DNA of 32,348 nucleotides from Intoshia linei (Eukaryota > Animalia > Orthonectida), in NCBI GenBank assembly GCA_001642005.1, contig LWCA01000320.1, forward strand, positions 1 to 32,348, in the 5' to 3' direction. The notes beneath the pieces are model-generated. The model was given only the letters and a program-made list of their open reading frames with translations. It had not been told where the DNA came from and made no database searches. Each line of letters opens with the position of its first letter. The first letter of the stretch is position 1. This document shows, one piece after another, positions 24,557 to 32,348 of this stretch. The translations under genes and the position numbers were made by a program.

Positions 24557-25729
24557 GTATACTCATTGAGTATGATAGGTTGGCTTTGATCTATACTACA
24601 TTGTTTTAATAAAAATTTAATAATCTTTTTAAATTTTACAAATTGACTTTTTTGCTTTTAACCAATTTAGTTCTAGAAAAAAAATAAATGTGTTTTTTTA
24701 GTGATTTATAAACTTTTTATGGTATCCACGAAAAATTTTTTTGAAATAAACGGTTCGTTAAGTTGTAAGTTCAATAAAGAATCTTTATTAAAAACTATTA
24801 TGATATTTTTCAGTTTATTATATATATTGCGGTTTTGCATTTTACCACTCTTTATAAATATTTTGCCTTTATTTAATTTTAATATCTTACTAACTATTGA
24901 TTAATTATTATAGAACTGGTATTAACCAATTATTGTTTCTTAAATTAACTTATTAAAATTTTTTACTAAAATAGTAACATTTATTTCCATTATTTTGCAA
25001 TAATTTATTAAAATAATGTATGCTGTAAATATTAATATAATGAATTGTTTAATTTTGATTTGTTTCATGTGACATCTAGTATTAAAATTAGTATCAAATA
25101 ACATTGTGGTGATTTTTCTTGATAGTTAATGAATTGATAAAGTAACATGATGGTAGTGTTGACATTTTAAAAACACGCTATTAAAGTATATCTTAATTAA
25201 CTATTCATTCACTGACCCATTTAAATTTTTTAATGTTAAAATTTAAAACTATAAAAGTCGAAATAAACGCTATTTTTTTAATTCTACTAAAAATATTGTT
25301 CACGTTTTATTCCTCTACATCTCTTCTTTAGCACAAACTAATATTTCGTATATTCCTTAAAATTTACAAAAATGTTTAGTGTACTATACAAAAAAAGCAA
25401 CATCAATGCTAAAAAAACTGATTATAATTATCGTATTAATTATTTCCATTTCAGATTAGTTATATTATAAAGTACAGCTATACAGAAAATTAAAAAATAC
25501 CAAAACTTTGATTGCATACATACCTAAAACAATTCCTATTGTTTCGCGTATTTGTTGTAACTTAAAACAACACAGCTCAGTGGACTGTATCCACTAAATG
25601 AGGTGATATTCGATTAAAACCATTGGTTGCAGACTACATTCAACTTATCAACTTGCAGTCAATAATTCATCCAGTTTTAATCTTTTTCGGTCGTGAAAAT
25701 TTTTCGTTTTATATAAAATCATGTACAAG

Positions 25730-26519
25730 TAGTGATTATGATTTCCCGGGAATTTCCCAAAAAAATAAACAATTTTTATTCATATATAATATAAAAGCAT
25801 TAAAAATTTTAGAGACCTTAATTAATTTTAAAACAAAAATAAATTTTATTTGATTACTAGACTGAAATTTACAAATTTATTTAAATAAAAATATATTAAT
25901 TTTCAATTGTTGAAAAAGTGTTTCAAAACACATAATATTGATAGATTCGTCTTTTAAACGCGTTCTACGTTTTTTAACGAAATTAGAAGCAGTAGAGAAA
26001 TTTTTTTAATTTTGTGTTGACGTAGGTTGAATAGTCATAAGGGTTTCCTTTAATTTTAACAATCTAGATGATATAGTACCATTTCGTAAAAACTAAAATT
26101 TTTCAAAATAATATTGGAAAAATAAGATAATTGTTAGAAAGAGCGTTAGTAATTTGTGGTTGGAATAACAGGTTTTTAAAAAAAGTATTGGAAAAATGAT
26201 ATTTTTCCATTAAGGGCTGGAAAATTAGATTTTTTACTTGTAGTTTAATAAGTGAATTTTTGAAAAAAATATCGGTGTAAGTCAATTTTTCCATGAAAGC
26301 TTGAAAATGGTATTTTTCATTAAATTTTATTAGTGGTGGTATTTTTGAAATGGTATATTTTAATGATTATAATATAATCATATTTTCATAGTAATAATAA
26401 ACATAAATCAAATACCAGTAGGTCTTAATTTTTTCACTAAATCACGGGAAATTTAATTCCCAAAAATTATTAAATATCCCAAGAATTTTGTTTTGGTTTT
26501 TTCCACGGCACAATCACTA
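25730..26519 (-). mobile_element. Second copy of the same deleted hAT family
   Basis: TAGTGATTATG / CACAATCACTA ends; degenerate 8-bp TSD TGTACAAG/AGTACAAA; colinear with 23710-24556. Confidence 0.82.
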
Positions 26520-26822
26520 AGTACAAATGTTATTAAAAAAAATTAATAACATCTCTTTTTGAATAATAATTGGCAAACATTTTTATGTCTTTAGTAAGGA
26601 CTCCTTACTTAAATTAAAATTATAAATGATTACTAACACAATGATTTCGTTTATAATATTATTCATAATAGAATGATCAAATAAGAATATTATTTTAGAA
26701 AAGGTTTTTCCAAAATTCAACAAATTTCAGATGATTATTAATCAGCTTGTACATAATATTTAATTAAAACTAGTCTAGATTAAAAGTTAAAAGTTAAAAG
26801 TAGATTATTGATGTATCGATTT

Positions 26823-26941
26823 CAATACGGCCATACCAAGATGGCAACACCTGTTCTCGTCCGATCACAGAAGTTAAGCATCTTCGGGCTTGGTTAGTAC
26901 TTGGATGGGTGACCGCCTGGGAAGACCAAGTGTCGTATTTT
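26823..26941 (+). rRNA. 5S rRNA: 5S ribosomal RNA gene (single copy in window)
   Basis: TACGGCCATACC...CTCGTCCGATC..GAAGTTAAGC...GGTTAGTACTTGGATGGGTGACCGCCTGGGAA matches eukaryotic 5S, including internal boxes A and C. Helix I AATACGGC/GTCGTATT pairs, and an oligo-T follows. Confidence 0.96.
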
Positions 26942-26945
26942 TTTT
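26938..26945 (+). terminator. RNA polymerase III oligo-T terminator of the 5S gene
   Basis: T8 run at the 5S 3' end. Confidence 0.75.
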
Positions 26946-26984
26946 AATTTCCAAGTTTCCGAATTTTAATATTAATTGATTTTT

Positions 26985-27495
26985 CAAACTCAAAAAATGA
27001 GGACTTCAAGGGAAAAAACCTAAATTACCATTTTTTGAAAATGAAAAGAATCAAATTTTTTTTAAATTCTAGAGCTGTTTTATATTAAAAAAATTGAAAA
27101 TGACAAAATAGTTTTTATATTTTTAATTTTTCTTGAATTTATGCTATTTATGACAATTTTTAGTATTGGACTGTTTTTACTTTATTTTAATATTATATAC
27201 ACATTATGTCTAATAAATTCAAAAAATGGGGTAACAATTGTTTTTAAAATTTTTTACGCAAATGTTAAAAAACATAAATAAAGATGGAATAATTTACTTT
27301 AAAATGTAAAGTAATGTGATATGATGGTTCCGCCTGAAATAACTTTGGGAACCACCGCTTTAAAGGATTGATAATAGTAAATAGTAAGATTTTTAAGTTA
27401 GATTTTCAACGTGAATTTATTTTTTTGATAGAATAAATATGTTCTTTTGGCAGAGCTAGGCGCTGTTTGTACATAGTACATAACAATCAACTTGG
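26985..27495 (+). mobile_element. Helitron 3' half
   Basis: Homologous to 29465-29775 and to 31839-32348 (reverse complement); ends GCTGTTTGTACATAGTACATAACAATCAACTTGG|T. Confidence 0.68.
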
Positions 27496-28410
27496 TCATG
27501 TATGATGAAATATATTATAATTATTTTGTGTAAGTTTAAAATGTTAGCCAAGAGTCTTGGGTAGTTGTCTATGGCTATACGGCACTACCATAGTGTGTAA
27601 AAAAATTTTTAGAGACAAATTTTTGCTTTTCGGTGATCTTGAGCTGGCTAGATTTGGTTCTGAGTTCTCTATAAAATAAATAAAGAAAATATAGCCGTTT
27701 TACAATTCACATGCTAATAAAGTAACTTAAAATGACATTAATGGAGAAACCTACTATACAAATCAAATGACATTTTGGTGACTGACTTTTTACGTAGAAT
27801 AATTTAATGAGTCTTATAAATTAAATAAACTAAACAGTCATTGAAAAGAAACTATTAAAAAAATTTAGAAACTTAGAGTGAAAATAATGTATAAATAAAA
27901 AATAAATTACATTTATAAAAGTTGTACAATGTGTGCTTTATTTTTAATAATAGCGTAGTTTGAATTTCTAGATTTTAGCTTTTCATTAAGTTTTCGACGC
28001 ATTGTTATCGTTTTCTTAGTCTTTTTCCTTTTTTTGATATATAAAAAAATATCTATGAATAATAGAGTAAATGTAATAGATAATATCAATGAAATAGATA
28101 TATAAAATGCTCCATTATGAATCATTTTTATTCAAAAATAATAAAATTTTCACCAACTTTCTGTTTAAATAAAACATCTGTTTAAACTAAACGTTAACAG
28201 ATATACAAAACTGCATATCAATTAAAAGTTTCGAATATGAATTTAACAATACTTTTAAAATTCCGTTTTTTGTTAATTTTTAAAAAACCTTTACTTTCTT
28301 AAATATCATAAAAAATTGGGTGCAATTTCGTATAGGAGGAATTATATTAGATTTGATACAAGAATAATAATGATGTTAAACGGTTACCTATCTATTGTAG
28401 TATAAATATG

Positions 28411-29205
28411 CAGTACCCGACATAAGTCTTAGGCACCTAAATTGTAATTAATCTAAAGAAACCACTTATTTATCAGTTTAGACATTTTCTTATATCATAT
28501 CTAGTGTATAATCAAGAACAAATATTTAAAAACCCTAAAAAAGTAAAAACTATAGAAAAATTTTAATAATTAATGAAATATAAGTATTTTTAATTAAAAA
28601 TGAAAAATTCAGAGCGACACAATCTTAGACACCTATAAAATAATACAATTAGTAATATTAATTAAATGAAAAAATTAGATAAATATATAAAATTACTAAT
28701 ATTTAGTATTCCATCATTTATTTTTAATAACCGACACAATTTTTCTGGACAATGAGGCATACAACCCTTGAATAGTTTTTAGAGGTACGCGGTCCCATTC
28801 GTCATTTATTTGTCTCCATATTTCTTCTAAGTTGACTGGGTGTAGCTTATATACCTTATCTTTCCAAATTTTCCCATATCTTCGATAATATTTAAATCGG
28901 AACTTTTCTACGGTCATTCTTGTAATGTTTTTACACGATTAACCCTAATAACGTTGTGTGACACGGTGCTTTATTATGCTGTTTCTTTAATTTTTCAAAA
29001 AATGTTATTGGTTTACTTTTCTAAGGATTCTCTCGTATTCTTAAGCGTTTATTCTTCCTACACACTTTATTAATACTCTTTTTTCATCTGACCTAATATC
29101 ACCCCAAATCATGTTTGAATGGCTATTTTTAATACTTCTAATTGTGTACGTTGATAAAAATTTTGTTCTTTAGTTCTAAATTTACAAACAACTTTCATTA
29201 GTGAA
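28411..29205 (-). mobile_element. Truncated Tc1-family element: one IR/DR-type terminus plus the 3' part of the transposase
   Basis: Terminus CAGTACCCGACATAAGTCTTAGGCACC at 28411, with an inner direct repeat CGACACAATCTTAGACACC near 28615. Transposase relic on the minus strand. Confidence 0.8.
28714..29200 (-). pseudogene. Tc1/mariner DDE transposase remnant with stops and frameshifts
   Basis: Motifs MIWG..GRINA*EYERIL, APCHT, E*P*KSSDLNIIE (corresponding to WPxxSPDLNPIE) and EEIWRQINDEWDRVPLKTIQGLYASLSRKIVSVIKNK. Confidence 0.85.
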
Positions 29206-29207
29206 GC

Positions 29208-29411
29208 TTATATATATACATTGTATATATATGTATATAATTTTCAAGTAGAACAACAATAGACTAAATAAGGTGACGACACTTATAACGATTGACAGAA
29301 AAGAACTCAAATAAGTTCATCTTATATAAAATGATGTCAAAATCGGTACCCGAACTCTAGCCACGCAGCATACAATTATATGACTATAAACACTCTGCCA
29401 GTTAGACATCA
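29208..29411 (-). mobile_element. Possible tRNA-derived SINE (head 29411-29332, TA-rich tail near 29208-29240)
   Basis: Minus strand reads TGATGTC..TGGCAGAGTGT (A-box-like)..GAGTTCGGGTACC (B-box-like)..GACATCA with a 7-bp closing stem. It lies where the Tc1 relic is truncated. Single copy in the window. Confidence 0.35.
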
Positions 29412-29464
29412 CAAATGAGTTATATAAAAAGTATATATTCGATGTCGATGTTAATGTAATGTAA

Positions 29465-29775
29465 TTCTGTCTAATAAATTAAAAAAATGGGATAACAATG
29501 GTTTTTAAAATTCTTTACGCAAATTTAATAAACAAAAAATTAAGATGGAATAATAATTATTATTATTATTATAATTCAGTTTAAAGTTAAAAGTAATGTG
29601 ATATGATGGTTCCACTTGAAACAAATTTAAGAACCACTTTTTTAAAGAATTGATAATAGTTAATAGTAAAATTTTTAAGTTAGATTTTCAATGTAAATTT
29701 TTTTTTGCTATAATAAAAATGTGCCCTCGGCAGAGCTAGGTGCTGTTTGTACGTAGTAAAAAACAGTCAAGCTAG
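29465..29775 (+). mobile_element. Helitron 3' portion
   Basis: Family 3' end CAGTCAAGCTAG|T at 29775; closely matches 1-133. Confidence 0.75.
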
Positions 29776-29783
29776 TAAATATA

Positions 29784-30327
29784 TATCGTATAGAATGTGT
29801 AAAACTCTGAAATGTGTACAATCTACGACTTGCTTGTGAATGTGTACATTTCATGGATAAGTCGTACAGTATACAGTACAGATTGACGTAATAATACAGG
29901 ATATATTATTAAGATTAAACATAATCCTAATATTAGTTGATTTTTAGGATTATTAGTTAATTCAATTTATTAAATATAAAATTTATAACTGGAAACAATA
30001 TTTGACACAAAAGTCATTGATAACTAATTAATTATTTTATTTTCTAAAAATTTTAAAAACCCCTCTTGAAAGTTTGGTTCAAAAAAAATCGTAATTAAAT
30101 GGTTTGATATTAATTTAAAATCAATTTAAAAATAAACATAAGCTTGTTAATTTAACTGAATTGGTAAATTCGTTGTTAGCATAGCATCAATTATGTATCT
30201 AACTCTGAATTGGCGTCTAAGACACATTATAATGTTACAATCATGACTAATAATTATTAGTCAAATACATTCTACGACTTGCCCGTGGAATGTGTACATT
30301 TCACAGTTGTACACATTCTATGCAACA
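29784..30327. mobile_element. MITE with TGT..ACA-type ends and a 4-bp TATA TSD (Ginger-like)
   Basis: Left T(A/G)TCGTATAGAATGTGTAAAACTCTGAAATGT versus right ACATTTCACAGTTGTACACATTCTATGCAACA; TATA on both flanks. The copy at 142 starts TGTCG. Confidence 0.6.
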
Positions 30328-30331
30328 TATA

Positions 30332-30503
30332 CAGTGCGCGACATAAGTCTTAGGCTTCCTGCTTCCTGATTCATAATTTAAGACTGTTAAATATTTGTTC
30401 TTGATCATACACTAGATATGATATAAGAAAATGTCTTAAATCATGAACCAGGAGTGTTTAAATTAATTACAATGGGGGTGCCTAAGACTTATGTCGCGCA
30501 CTG
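30332..30503. mobile_element. 172-bp Tc1-derived MITE
   Basis: Perfect 24-bp TIR CAGTGCGCGACATAAGTCTTAGGC with TA TSD; 30388-30503 is homologous to the reverse complement of 28411-28528. Confidence 0.9.
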
Positions 30504-31032
30504 TATAAATAAAAATAGCAAATACCAACAATTAAAAATAATAAAATGTGTGAAATTGAAGTTAAAATAATTTATCGTAGGGGTCACGTTCTAAAAAGTG
30601 AAAGATTGCTTAATAGCATGAATTATTTTTTTGGAATAAACACGGTCAATATGATTTGTTATACAAAGCTCTATTATAATTCCATAATAGTATGCAACAT
30701 TATTGAATTGTGGATATCGATACAAACAAGTACACATATATAAATAATTAGCCTCGTTAAGATACCATTATAAAGTTACACATAATGGTTACAATACATC
30801 TTAATCCTCAGTTAATTTCCGTATGATTATGATCAAAATCACGGATTAATTCTATCACGGAAATACAAAACTAAAGAAACTAAAATTCCATATCGTAAAA
30901 CAAAAATGTTGTTAATATCCAAGTGACAAATTTAATCTATATTTTATAAAGAACTTGTTGGTTAACATTTATGTATGAAAAAATTTTTATAAAAGGAATA
31001 AAAATTTAAAAAAAAATCAAATAAGCTATAAA

Positions 31033-31820
31033 ATGAAAAACATTTGGAAAATAAAGGAATTTGGAGATAAAATGTATATTTAATTTTGAATAAAATAAAA
31101 AATATAAATGTAGACAAAATCGAATAATGAATTACTCTGATATTGAAATTTTGATTAGAGACGTAACAAATGATGATAAAACGATGCTTAATCCAGATGT
31201 AATGGATAAAATTGCTATTCAAACAAAAAAATACATTGAAAACAAAGAAATTGTACAATTAATAATGTCGAGAATTTATGAAGATGGAAAAAACTGGCGA
31301 AGATTATATAAAGTAATTGAAATTTATAATTTTTAAATTTATTCTAAATTAAGACATTATTACTAATAGAATATTTAATATTACACGGTTCAAATAATTT
31401 TATTAACAGCATGCGTAATCATATATATGAGATTTCGAAATTAAGTGGGTTTCATCATATCGATGATAGTGGCAAAGATTGTGGAATTAACGGTATTCAT
31501 TGATATCATATTTTTTACTTTATATTTAGTTAAATTTAAAGTTGAAAAACTTACTACGTTATTAAAAAATGATTTAAATATCCGAACAGAAAGAAAGAAT
31601 GCACAAAATCTCAAAAATAAACTTTGCGGTGTTTCTCATACTCCTATACGTATTATTTTAAATTGTATATTTATATGTAATTTATATAGATTATAAGAAT
31701 AAAAACTCGCAGGATGAGGGTTGGAATAATCAAAATCCCGTCAATGAAATAGTGGGAATTGTTCAAAGTGCTTATTCTAAAGCCAAAGATGCAATTTCTG
31801 ATAAATTACCATATGAGTAA
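31033..31820 (+). CDS. CLINT1: ENTH-domain protein, clathrin interactor 1/epsinR-like. Exons 31033-31073, 31114-31312, 31354-31492, 31530-31649, 31690-31816/31820; probably continues beyond the window via the GT at 31817
   Basis: The spliced product MKNIWKIKEFGDKIQNRIMNYSDIE..KNWRRLYKTLLLIEYLILHGS..HIYEI..FHHIDDSGKDCGINVK..ERKNA..GVS follows the CLINT1 ENTH pattern. Introns are 40, 41, 37 and 40 nt, all GT-AG. Confidence 0.85.
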
Positions 31821-31838
31821 TTGATTATTATATTAATA

Positions 31839-32348
31839 CTAGGTTGACTGTTATGTACTACGTACAAACAGCACCTAGCTCTGCCGAGGGCACATTTTTA
31901 TTTTACCAAAAAAGTAAATTCACGTTGAAAATCTAACTTAAAAATCCTACTATTAACTATTATCAATCCATAAACAAGTGGTTCCCAAACTTGTTTCAGG
32001 TGGAACCATCATATGACATTACTAAGTGGTTTCCAAATTTATTTCAGGTGTAACCGTCATATCATATTACTTTTTACTTTAAAGTGAATTATTCCATCTT
32101 AATTTTTTTGTTTGGACATTTGCGTAAAGAATTTTAAAAACAATTGTTATCAAATGTTTTTAATTTATTAGACAGAATGTGTGTATAATATTAAAAATAA
32201 TGTAAAAACAGTCCAATACTAAAAATTGTCATAAAGGTGTGAGTTTTGGAAATTGAAATTTATATTATTATATGTAAAAATTGTTATAAATAGCATTTTT
32301 TTAATTTTCGGACCGTTAATTATTTCACATTTTTTGTTTTAATAAAAT
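31839..32348 (-). mobile_element. Helitron 3' half, running off the window
   Basis: Reverse complement ends GTGCCCTCGGCAGAGCTAGGTGCTGTTTGTACGTAGTACATAACAGTCAACCTAG|T with an intact hairpin. Confidence 0.78.

Noticed and set aside
25570-25630. AGCTCAGTGG..TTCGATT tRNA-like boxes
   Set aside because: No acceptor or T stem; cannot be folded as a tRNA.
30962-31258. 98-aa minus-strand ORF
   Set aside because: Antisense shadow of the CLINT1-like exons.

Overview
Very AT-rich (roughly 75-80% AT by eye) animal genomic DNA with very short GT-AG introns (36-47 nt) alongside kb-scale introns packed with transposons. The proteins are strongly diverged. This combination suggests a fast-evolving invertebrate such as an orthonectid-like parasite (inference only). 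Three spliced host genes could be assembled by hand: an uncharacterised armadillo-repeat protein (minus strand, 630-5750, 8 exons), an Islet-class LIM-homeobox gene (about 12278-21126) and a CLINT1/epsinR-like ENTH gene (31033-31820, probably continuing beyond the window). There is one solitary, structurally intact 5S rRNA gene (26823-26941). Most of the remaining sequence is non-autonomous DNA transposons: about 11 pieces of one Helitron family, several hAT elements and MITEs, a Tc1 transposase relic with its MITE, pogo-like and Ginger-like MITEs, and a possible tRNA-derived SINE. The most unusual object is an 853-bp TA-flanked TIR element (6118-6970) whose only cargo is an intact stand-alone retropepsin-type aspartic protease ORF. 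Two other observations stand out: an apparent Helitron read-through composite, and a candidate Sm-site structured RNA near the 5S gene.
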